Positions 19,370 through 27,187 of a DNA stretch of 64,000 nt are shown piece by piece. This stretch comes from Acidimicrobiales bacterium (GTDB taxonomy: Bacteria > Actinomycetota > Acidimicrobiia > Acidimicrobiales > RAAP-2), in NCBI GenBank assembly GCA_035569675.1, contig DATMMN010000145.1, forward strand, positions 361 to 64,360, written 5' to 3'. The translations under genes and the position numbers were made by a program. The notes beneath the pieces are model-generated. The model searched no databases. It saw nothing but the letters and a program-made list of their open reading frames with translations, and was not told the origin of the DNA. The first letter of the stretch is position 1, and each line of letters begins with the position of its first letter.

Positions 19370-20376
19370 AGCCCTCTCTGCGCGCCCTGGCCGGGCGCGG
19401 CGTCGACGCCCTCCCACCGGGTCTGGGCCGGCGGGTGCGCACCCTGGCCGGCCGGCCCGGTCCGCGGGAGATCGGGTTCGACGCGCTCGACGCCGAGCTG
19501 GCCGGCGCGACGGCGCTGATGGGGACGTCGCCCGAGCGGGCCCAGGCGCTGCTGGGCGGATTCGTCGTCGCGTTGCCGTCGCCCGCGCCGCCCGACCCCT
19601 TCTCGGACGCGTATCGCACCTGGACCTGGGACCTGTACCGCCGCATCTCGGGCCGGGACGCCTACGACACCGCGCACGAGGCGTCGCCGTTCGACCTGGA
19701 GCGCGCCTTGACCCGGCCGTTCCCCTACGAGAGCGGGTCGCTGAAGCTCGTCGGGCGCGACCTCGTGGCGCGTGGCCACGTCCTCGACACCCTGTCCAAG
19801 GCGCTTCCGGCCGTGCCCGGGCCGGCGCGTCCCCGGGTGGTCGAGTTCGGGGCCGGGTGGGGGAACCTGACGACCGACCTGGTGGCGACCGGGCTCGATG
19901 TCACCGTTGTCGAGCTCGACCCCAAGTTCTGCGCCCTGATCGGCGAGCGGTGCGCGAACGGCCCGGGGGAACTCACCGTGCACGAGGGCGACATGCTGGG
20001 CTTTGTCGCGGACAGGCCGTTCGACGCGGCCGTGTTCTACGAGAGCTTCCACCACTGCGCCGACCATCTCGCGCTGCTCGAGCGCCTGCACGACGTCGTC
20101 CGGCCGGACGGCGTCGTGGTGTTCGCGGCCGAGCCCGTGCAACGGCTCGGGTATCCGTGGGGGCCGCGGCTGGACGGCCTCTCCGTGTGGTCGAGCCGCA
20201 CGTACGGCTGGCTCGAGCTCGGGTTCGACACGCGTTACTTCGATTCGGCGCTGGCGCGGACCGGGTGGGCCGGCCGGCGGGTCGGCCTCGGGGCGCGCCC
20301 CTCGGAGACCGACGTGATCGTGGCCACGAAAATGCCGCAAAAGTGGCCATGCCGTGACCACTTTTACGGCGCATGA
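19366..20376 (+). CDS. class I SAM-dependent methyltransferase with N-terminal extension
   Basis: SAM motif I VVEFGAGWGNLT followed by acidic VVELD. Proposed TTG 19366 overlaps the ABM stop (TTGA); the start is uncertain. Confidence 0.6.
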   Translation: MKPSLRALAGRGVDALPPGLGRRVRTLAGRPGPREIGFDALDAELAGATALMGTSPERAQALLGGFVVALPSPAPPDPFSDAYRTWTWDLYRRISGRDAYDTAHEASPFDLERALTRPFPYESGSLKLVGRDLVARGHVLDTLSKALPAVPGPARPRVVEFGAGWGNLTTDLVATGLDVTVVELDPKFCALIGERCANGPGELTVHEGDMLGFVADRPFDAAVFYESFHHCADHLALLERLHDVVRPDGVVVFAAEPVQRLGYPWGPRLDGLSVWSSRTYGWLELGFDTRYFDSALARTGWAGRRVGLGARPSETDVIVATKMPQKWPCRDHFYGA

Positions 20377-20418
20377 TGGCCCCATCGGAATCGGAACACG
20401 CAGCCAAGGAGGCCGAAG

Positions 20419-20940
20419 ATGACACTCACCCCGAGCGACCCGGACCAGGAGAGGGCCGACATCGTCGAGACGTTGCAGGGACACCGGAGGTTCCTCCGGC
20501 GCACGGTCGAAGGCCTGGACGACCAGGCGGCGGCGAAGCGCACCACCGTCAGCGAGCTGTGCCTGGGCGGCATCGTGAAGCACGTCGCCGAGGTGGAGGA
20601 GAGTTGGGTTGGGTTCATCCTCGAAGGACCGAGCGCCATGGCGGGCTTCACCGAGGAGGCCATCGCCGCCCATGTCGCCAGCTTTCGGATGCTCGAGGGA
20701 GAGACGCTGGCCGGATTGTTGGCCCACTACGACGAGGTCGCGGCCCGGACCGACGAGCTGGTCGCCACGATGCCCTCTCTCGATCTCTCCCACCCGCTGC
20801 CCGAGGCGCCGTGGTTCCCGCCCAACACGCGTCGGTCAGCCCGGCGGGTGTTCATGCACATCGTGGCTGAGACGGCCCAGCACGCGGGCCACGCCGACAT
20901 CCTGCGCGAGACGCTGGATGGTCAGAAGACGATGGGCTGA
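20419..20940 (+). CDS. DinB/DUF664 (mycothiol-transferase-like) family protein
   Basis: C-terminal HIVAETAQHAGHADILRE motif. Strong RBS AAGGAGG upstream. Confidence 0.8.
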   Translation: MTLTPSDPDQERADIVETLQGHRRFLRRTVEGLDDQAAAKRTTVSELCLGGIVKHVAEVEESWVGFILEGPSAMAGFTEEAIAAHVASFRMLEGETLAGLLAHYDEVAARTDELVATMPSLDLSHPLPEAPWFPPNTRRSARRVFMHIVAETAQHAGHADILRETLDGQKTMG

Positions 20941-21032
20941 GGCCTGTCGGGCCACTGCGCGTGATCGCGGCGATAGCGCCGGGTGCTGCTCGCTGACGTC
21001 GAAGCGGTTCGAGGCGAGTTTCTCGCGCCCCG

Positions 21033-21311
21033 TCAGCCCCAGTTGTTCTGCGCGCTCTCGATCGCCCTCATCCACGCGTCATCGAGCGGGACCACCGGGA
21101 TCGTGGTGGTCTCTTCGAAGAACGGGGCGTAGGTCGCGGACGTGACCATGTCGACTTCGTCGGTCTCGACGAGGCTGATAAAGGTCTTTCCGTCCCCCGC
21201 CGCCCAGGTGGACTCGGTCCCCGGCGGCAAGCCCGCCTTCTGGAACACCTCGAGCGCTTTGCGGGAGTTCTCGATCCCCGGTGCCAGTCGGCTGATTATC
21301 AGATGTTTCAT
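21033..21311 (-). CDS. DUF3303-like small protein
   Basis: 92 aa. RBS GGAGG upstream. Family assignment is from memory of DUF3303-type sequences. Confidence 0.5.
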   Translation of the reverse strand: MKHLIISRLAPGIENSRKALEVFQKAGLPPGTESTWAAGDGKTFISLVETDEVDMVTSATYAPFFEETTTIPVVPLDDAWMRAIESAQNNWG

Positions 21312-21468
21312 GGTGGCCTCCTACCCTGGTCGGCGACCCCATCTCTTCCCATCGAGCGGTGCTACACCCGTATTGGCTGTTATCGCGCACCCACTGTCGA
21401 GAGTCAAACGACGAGATGGACACCGTCCCCGCACCGCTCCCGGCCGACACACGGGACGCCGCCGGCAT

Positions 21469-22833
21469 TCACTTTTCCCGGCACCCGAGCCCCGGCGCCG
21501 GCGCCGCTCCGCCGATCTCCCCCCGGGCGTACGCCCGGTCGAGCAGCCGCACGTCGGATGCGAGCGTGCGCACCTCGCTGGTGCCCTCGCCGCCGTACTC
21601 GTAGCCCTGGGTGTACGCCGTCCCGCTCGGGCTGTCGTCCCGGGTCGTGGGCGTGCCCGGGATCGGCTCGATGCCGGTGTCCTCGTTCCAGTCGTCCCAC
21701 GACGTGACCATGACGATCGGCAGGGCGGGATCGAGCTCGGGGATCGCCACGCAACGGAGCATCTGGTCGAGCGTGGACGACGGCCCGTCACCGGCCTGCC
21801 ACTGGCGCGGCTGGGCCGGATGGTTCGTCTCCAGCCGGAAGCCGCGGTCGTTGAAGCCGGGCTGCACCACGGGGAGGACCGGCACCTTGTTGTTCGTCGC
21901 GTTGCGGTAGAGCGTGAGGAGGAACCGCTGGTCCGCTGCGATGTTCGTCGTTCCTGGATACCCCGTCGAGTCGTTCGCCGGCCCGTTCGCCTGCTGCGGG
22001 TCGCCGTAGTACAAGGTGTACGCGGTCACGGCGTCGAACTGGTCGACCCGGCCCAGCTGCGGCAGCCCGGTGAACACCGGCTCGTTCGGTGCCTGGATCT
22101 GGGGCGTCACCCGCCAGTACACCTCGTCGCCGACGAAGAAGGGGTCGGCGTACCCGTTCGCCTTCAGATAGGTGCGTGCCCCCTGCATCATCCCGGCGAC
22201 GTCGCCCGTGAGCGTCCGGGTGAGATAGAGGTAGACGACGGGCCGCCCCTCGATATGAAGGTAGGACGGATTCGAGAAGTAGTTCTTCGCCAGCGCCAGC
22301 ATGTCCGAGTCGAAGTGCAGCTCTTCCTGCGCCGAGACCGGCGTCTGCTCGCGCCCGGCGTCGAAGCCGAGGTTCCAGGTCTCGTAGAACATCGCGAACT
22401 TCATCTCGTGCAGGTCCGGCGCGGCGAGGAACTCCTTCATGGCGGCGTCGGCGGTGAGGTAGTTGCGGCCGGAGAAGGCGGGGTCGTAGGGCCACCAATC
22501 GATGGCGAAGAAATTGATGCCCGCCTTGTGCGCGTTCGCGATGTCACGGGTGGCCGTCTGCGTCTTGTTCGAGTCGATGAGCCCGAAGGGCGGCCGTTGC
22601 GGCGGGAGCAGCTGGGAACGCAGCGACCCTCCGGCGATCAGGTTCTCCGGGTTCCACAGGTAGTAGTACGCGCCCACCAGCGGGCGGGTCAGTCCGTCGC
22701 TCCGCGCGGCGGACGACGCCCCCGCCCCTCCCGCTCCCGCGCCCGACGAGGCCGTCGCCGCGGCCACCACCAGCACAGCCGCCACCACCGACACCCCGTG
22801 CCGGAACGCCCGGACCCGCCGCACCCCTCGCAC
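21469..22833 (-). CDS. secreted GH99-like (TIM-barrel glycoside hydrolase-like) protein
   Basis: Sec-type signal (VVAAVLVVAAATASS). GAYYYLWN...DIANAHKAGINFFAIDWW resembles the N-terminal pattern of GH99-like proteins. Confidence 0.45.
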   Translation of the reverse strand: MRGVRRVRAFRHGVSVVAAVLVVAAATASSGAGAGGAGASSAARSDGLTRPLVGAYYYLWNPENLIAGGSLRSQLLPPQRPPFGLIDSNKTQTATRDIANAHKAGINFFAIDWWPYDPAFSGRNYLTADAAMKEFLAAPDLHEMKFAMFYETWNLGFDAGREQTPVSAQEELHFDSDMLALAKNYFSNPSYLHIEGRPVVYLYLTRTLTGDVAGMMQGARTYLKANGYADPFFVGDEVYWRVTPQIQAPNEPVFTGLPQLGRVDQFDAVTAYTLYYGDPQQANGPANDSTGYPGTTNIAADQRFLLTLYRNATNNKVPVLPVVQPGFNDRGFRLETNHPAQPRQWQAGDGPSSTLDQMLRCVAIPELDPALPIVMVTSWDDWNEDTGIEPIPGTPTTRDDSPSGTAYTQGYEYGGEGTSEVRTLASDVRLLDRAYARGEIGGAAPAPGLGCREK

Positions 22834-22846
22834 CAGAGGAGGACCG

Positions 22847-24415
22847 CTACCGGGTCTCTTGGCGCGGCATCGATTGGTGCAAGGGAACCGGGTACACCGG
22901 CTGGTTGTCCGCCGCTTCGACGACGTCGCCCGACGTGCACCCCAGCGCGGCCATGTCGGCCTGCTGGTCGTGCGCGGTGCTCGGCAGCTTCGGCACGGCC
23001 ACCTGAGCGTGCCCCATGTGTAGCGCCGAGGTCAGGTCGCCCGTGTGCTTGCGGCGCCACGCCGAGATGTTGGGGGCCTTCACCCCGAAGCGCGCCTCGA
23101 GGAACCGCAACTGCGACGTGTGGTCGGCCACCTCGGACGCAATGTGCCCGCCGCGGCTGAACGGCGAGATCACCAGCATCGGCACCCGGTAGCCCAGCCC
23201 CACCGGCCCGGCCACGCCCTGCGCCGTCGACGGCAGCGGCGACGCCGTGACGTACTCGCCCGCCGTGCCGGCCGGCGCCACCGGCGGCGGCACGTGGTCG
23301 AAGATCCCGTCGTTCTCGTCGTAGCAGTGGAACACCACCGTCTTCGCCCAGACCGACTTGTTGGACATCAGCGTCCGCAGCACCTGGCTCGTGTACCACT
23401 CGCCCATCGCCGGCGCCGCCGGCGGGTGCTCGTCGTACCCCAACGGCGGCGTCACCCAGCTCACCGCGGGCAGCATCCCCTGCGCGATGTCGGCCGCGAA
23501 GTCGTTCGGGTAGAGCGGCAGGAACGCCTTCTGGTACAGCGCCGAGTTCGGGTTGGCGTACTGCTTGAAATACGGAAGGATCGCATCGCTGATCAACAAC
23601 CCGTGCTGCTCGATGAAAGCGGGCGCGTACGGCGTCCCCACCGGGTTGTACACCTTCCAACTCACGCCGGCATCCTCCAACACCTCGGGCATCGTGTCCC
23701 AACTCACGCTGTACACCGCGTCCGAGCTGTCGTTGGTCTCGAGCACCGGCCCACCCGCCACCCCCGCCGGGTCGACCGTGCCCGACAGGCTCATCAATCG
23801 GTTCGGGTGCGTCGGGCCCATGACCGAGCAGTGATAGTTGTCACAGATCGTGAACGCGTCCGCCAGCGCGTAATAGAACGGAATGTCGCTCCGCGTGTGG
23901 TAGCCCATCGTCACGGTGCCCTGCTCGGGCCCCTCGTACTGGGCCATGGTGTGCGTCGCGACGAACGCGCCGTTGTCGCCGTTCCCTCGGCACAGATGCT
24001 GCGGCAGCCAGTCGTGCGTCAGGTCGTGGGTGCACTCGCCGATCCCCGACTTGGTGTCGAGATGGAACGGCAGCAGACGGCTGTCGCGCCCGCCCGGCCA
24101 GCGCTGGCTGAACGCACCCAACTTCCCGGCCGGATGATCGTCGAACCCGCGCACACCCGGAAACGTGCCGAAGTAATGGTCGAACGACCTGTTCTCCTGC
24201 ATCAAGAACACGACGTGTTCGATCGCCCCCAGGTCCGATCCCGCCGGTTTGGTCAAGGCCGCCGCCCGCGCCAACCTCACATCGGCTGCGGCGGCGTTGC
24301 CCCGGCTTGCCGCCCCCAGTACCGCCGCACCGCCTCCCGCCAGCGCCGCGGTGAGCAGCGCCCTGCGGTCGAAGCGCGACGCCGCTCTCTTTCCTGTTGG
24401 CCCCCCGGCCCCCAT
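22847..24415 (-). CDS. Tat-secreted phosphoesterase family protein (phospholipase C / acid phosphatase AcpA type)
   Basis: Twin-arginine signal FDRRALLTAALAGGG. IEHVVFLMQENRSFDHYFGTFPG phosphoesterase motif. ATG 24415 has RBS GAGG overlapping the yedK stop; GTG 24421 is an alternative start. Confidence 0.85.
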   Translation of the reverse strand: MGAGGPTGKRAASRFDRRALLTAALAGGGAAVLGAASRGNAAAADVRLARAAALTKPAGSDLGAIEHVVFLMQENRSFDHYFGTFPGVRGFDDHPAGKLGAFSQRWPGGRDSRLLPFHLDTKSGIGECTHDLTHDWLPQHLCRGNGDNGAFVATHTMAQYEGPEQGTVTMGYHTRSDIPFYYALADAFTICDNYHCSVMGPTHPNRLMSLSGTVDPAGVAGGPVLETNDSSDAVYSVSWDTMPEVLEDAGVSWKVYNPVGTPYAPAFIEQHGLLISDAILPYFKQYANPNSALYQKAFLPLYPNDFAADIAQGMLPAVSWVTPPLGYDEHPPAAPAMGEWYTSQVLRTLMSNKSVWAKTVVFHCYDENDGIFDHVPPPVAPAGTAGEYVTASPLPSTAQGVAGPVGLGYRVPMLVISPFSRGGHIASEVADHTSQLRFLEARFGVKAPNISAWRRKHTGDLTSALHMGHAQVAVPKLPSTAHDQQADMAALGCTSGDVVEAADNQPVYPVPLHQSMPRQETR

Positions 24416-24422
24416 GGTCACC

Positions 24423-25130
24423 TCACACCGTTGCGATCAGATCTGGGTCGTTGTTCTTGACGTTACCCACGCGTTGTCCCACCTGATGGTGCACCACCGT
24501 CCCCGCCGGCGGCGGGCGCAACAGTGCCTTGAGCTCCTCGACGTCCTCGTTGGTGGGGTCGAGCCACAGGTCGAACGTCGACGGGTCGAGGATCACCGGC
24601 ATGCGGTCATGGATGCCCTGCATGTCCGCGCCGCCCGGTGCCGTGATGATGGCGCAACTCCTGATCGGCGGAGCGTCCTCGGGCGCCGACTTGTCGCGCC
24701 AGCGCTCGGCCAGCCCGGCGAACGCCATCGGCGCGCCGTCGGCGCGCGTGAAGTAGTTGGGTTGCTTGCCGCCGGTCTTCAGCCGGCGCCACTCGAAGAA
24801 GCCGTCGGCGGGCACGATGATGCGCCGCTCTTTGAACGCCTCGCGGAACGACGCGCGCGTGGCCACCGTCTCGCTGCGCGCGTTGATGAGCCGGCTGCCT
24901 CCCTTCGAGTCCTTGGACCACCACGGGATGAGGCCCCAGCGGAACGTCATGAGGGTGCGGACCGGATCGTCCCCGTCCTTCTGCGGGCGGTCCCGCACAC
25001 CGAGCACCTCGTCGGTGGGGGCGACGTTCCAGCTGGGCTCGTGCGCGAAGTCCTCGCCCTCGGCCAGGGTGGCGTCGAAGTAGCGGGCGATCCGCGCCGG
25101 AGGGGTGTAGAGGGCGAAGCGTCCGCACAT
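24423..25130 (-). CDS. yedK: SOS response-associated peptidase (SRAP/YedK family, abasic-site DNA-protein crosslink forming)
   Basis: Starts MCGRF (catalytic Cys2), with later RSET and HDRMPVIL motifs. ATG 25130 chosen. Confidence 0.85.
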   Translation of the reverse strand: MCGRFALYTPPARIARYFDATLAEGEDFAHEPSWNVAPTDEVLGVRDRPQKDGDDPVRTLMTFRWGLIPWWSKDSKGGSRLINARSETVATRASFREAFKERRIIVPADGFFEWRRLKTGGKQPNYFTRADGAPMAFAGLAERWRDKSAPEDAPPIRSCAIITAPGGADMQGIHDRMPVILDPSTFDLWLDPTNEDVEELKALLRPPPAGTVVHHQVGQRVGNVKNNDPDLIATV

Positions 25131-25230
25131 GCCGGCAGCATTGTGACCTACGGGGCACGATCGGGACGCGACACCCCCTGACCTGCGGCTTCGGCTCCCC
25201 GAGCAGGGGAGGCACCGCCTCGGTAAGGTA

Positions 25231-25244
25231 CGAACATATGTTCG
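25231..25244. promoter_or_regulatory. LexA (SOS) box
   Basis: Perfect palindrome CGAAC-ATAT-GTTCG, matching the actinobacterial consensus TCGAAC-N4-GTTCGA. Lies between divergent yedK and imuA'. Confidence 0.7.
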
Positions 25245-25984
25245 CTTTCTCCACCACCGGGGCAGCGCCATCCCCCAATCCCGTCACCCCCCGCCGGGAC
25301 TCCCGGGCGCCGAGGGAGCTTCCCGACGGGCTGGCCGACCGGGTCCGGCCCACGACGCCGGTCGCCGGGCGGACCCTGCCGGTGCCGGCGCCGCTCGCCC
25401 CGCTCTTTCCCGGTGGTTCGCTGCGCCGCGGCACGACGACGATCGTGTCGGGGCAACCCGGCCACGGCGCGACGACCCTGGCGCTCGCCCTCCTGGGCGC
25501 GGCGTCGGCTGCGGGGAGCTGGTGTGCCGCCGTGGGCCTGCCCGATCCCGGCGTGGTCGCCGCCGCCGGCCTCGGGCTCGATCTGCGCCGGGTCGTCTTC
25601 GTACCCCACCCCGGCGCGGGTTGGGCCGAGGCGGCCGGTGACCTTCTCTCCGGCGTCGACGCCGTCCTGGTGCGCCCGCCCGGCCGGGCGCGCCTCACCG
25701 CGGCCCGTCACCTCACCGCGCGTGCCCGCGACCGCCAGGCCGCGCTCGTCGTGTTGCTCGAGGGAGCGGGGAGCTGGCCCGAAGGTGGTGACCTTGCCCT
25801 CGCCGTGGGAGCGGTCGAGTGGGAGGGCGTCGGTCGCGGCCACGGCTACCTACGCGGCCGCCGGGCCGAGGTGCGCGTGAGCGGACGCCGCGCCGCCGGC
25901 CGGATGACCGAGTGCTCGTTGTGGCTGCCCGCCGACTCCGGCGCGGTGGCGACAGCGGAGTCGCTGTCGGACGGCGCGGCATGA
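25238..25984 (+). CDS. imuA': ImuA'-like RecA-fold SOS mutagenesis protein
   Basis: Degenerate P-loop region VSGQPGHGATTLALALLGAAS...WCAAVGLPDPG...LDLRRVVFV. Position immediately upstream of imuB-dnaE2. Confidence 0.7.
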   Translation: MFAFSTTGAAPSPNPVTPRRDSRAPRELPDGLADRVRPTTPVAGRTLPVPAPLAPLFPGGSLRRGTTTIVSGQPGHGATTLALALLGAASAAGSWCAAVGLPDPGVVAAAGLGLDLRRVVFVPHPGAGWAEAAGDLLSGVDAVLVRPPGRARLTAARHLTARARDRQAALVVLLEGAGSWPEGGDLALAVGAVEWEGVGRGHGYLRGRRAEVRVSGRRAAGRMTECSLWLPADSGAVATAESLSDGAA

Positions 25985-26032
25985 ATCAGGCGGTGGTGAA
26001 GCAGAAGTAGAAGCAGAAAGCGGTGGAAGGCA

Positions 26033-27187
26033 GTGGAACGGTTGGTCGTCATCTGGTGCCCCGGGCTCCTCGAGGAGGGGCAGCGGGGTGAGGAAGCCCG
26101 TCGCTTCGCCCGCGTCCTGGCGCGGGCAGGCGAGCTCTGTCCGTGGGTGCATCCGATCCGGCTCGGGGTCGGCGCGCTGCCGGCCCGCGGCCCGGCCCGT
26201 TTCTTCGGCGGCGAGGAGGCGGTCGTGGCGCGTCTGGCCGCAGCCATCGGGGCGCTCGACGAAGTCGACAATCTCGACGACGTCGACAAAGTGGGCGAGG
26301 AGGCCAAGATCGGCATCGCCGAAGGGCTCTTCGCCGCGATGCTGGCGGCCCGCTCGGAGCTGATCGTCCCGCCGGGGGGCACGGCCGACTTCCTCGCTCC
26401 GTGGTCGGTGGCCACGTTGGCGCGCCCCGATCTGGCGGTCACCTTGCAACGCCTCGGGGTCACGACGCTGGGCCAGTTCGCCGCGTTGCCGGCGGCGAGC
26501 GTTTCGGACCGCTTCGGCGCGGACGCTGCCGCCTGTCACGCGGTGGCGCGCGGCGAGAGCGGGGAGCTGGCGGGGCTGCGCGACCGCGCCATCGCCCGTC
26601 GCTTGCGCGTCGCGAGCGGCGAGGACCCCGACCGCCCACCCGGCGCGCCGCGCCCGCCCTCGCAGCCCGGCTTCTTCGGTGGCGCGTCGGAGGCCGACGC
26701 GCGCGCCGCCCGCTCCTTCGTGCTGGTGCAGGAGCGCCTCGGGATCGAGGCGGTGCTGATCGGCCGCCTCCGGGGTGGGCGCGACCCCGCCGGTCAGTCG
26801 GTGCTGGTCCCCTGGGGCAGCCCCGACCCCGACAGCACCCCGAGCCCGGGCGGCCCGGCGACCGGCGCGCCGTGGCCGGGCCGGCTGCCGCCGCCCGCGC
26901 CGACCGACGTGCTGCAGGTGCCCCGGCCCGCCGAGCTGGTGGACACCGACGGCAACGCCATGGTGGTGAACGGTCGTGGGCTGTTGACCGCGCCGATCGA
27001 CCGCCTGTCGGTCGACGGCGGGCCCTGGGAAAAGGTCGCCGCGTGGGCGGGTCCCTGGCCGGTCACCGAGCGTTGGTGGTCCGTCCGTCGCCGCCGGGCC
27101 CGCTTGCAGGTCGTGACCGAGGAGGGCGTGGCGCGTCTGCTCTGTTCTGAGCGCGGACGGTGGTGGGTCGAGGCGCTCTATGACTGA
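26033..27187 (+). CDS. imuB: ImuB (catalytically inactive Y-family polymerase-like adaptor)
   Basis: Y-family-like N-terminus VVIWCPGL without the usual acidic catalytic residues. Candidate beta-clamp motif QSVLVPWG. 8-nt overlap with dnaE2. Confidence 0.75.
   Translation: MERLVVIWCPGLLEEGQRGEEARRFARVLARAGELCPWVHPIRLGVGALPARGPARFFGGEEAVVARLAAAIGALDEVDNLDDVDKVGEEAKIGIAEGLFAAMLAARSELIVPPGGTADFLAPWSVATLARPDLAVTLQRLGVTTLGQFAALPAASVSDRFGADAAACHAVARGESGELAGLRDRAIARRLRVASGEDPDRPPGAPRPPSQPGFFGGASEADARAARSFVLVQERLGIEAVLIGRLRGGRDPAGQSVLVPWGSPDPDSTPSPGGPATGAPWPGRLPPPAPTDVLQVPRPAELVDTDGNAMVVNGRGLLTAPIDRLSVDGGPWEKVAAWAGPWPVTERWWSVRRRRARLQVVTEEGVARLLCSERGRWWVEALYD

Noticed and set aside
25985-26032. Purine-rich quasi-repeat GAAGCAGAAGTAGAAGCAGAAAG between imuA' and imuB.
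   Set aside because: It is short (two imperfect 9-mers). It most simply serves as the spacer and RBS region (GGAAGG) for the imuB GTG start. No further structure is evident.
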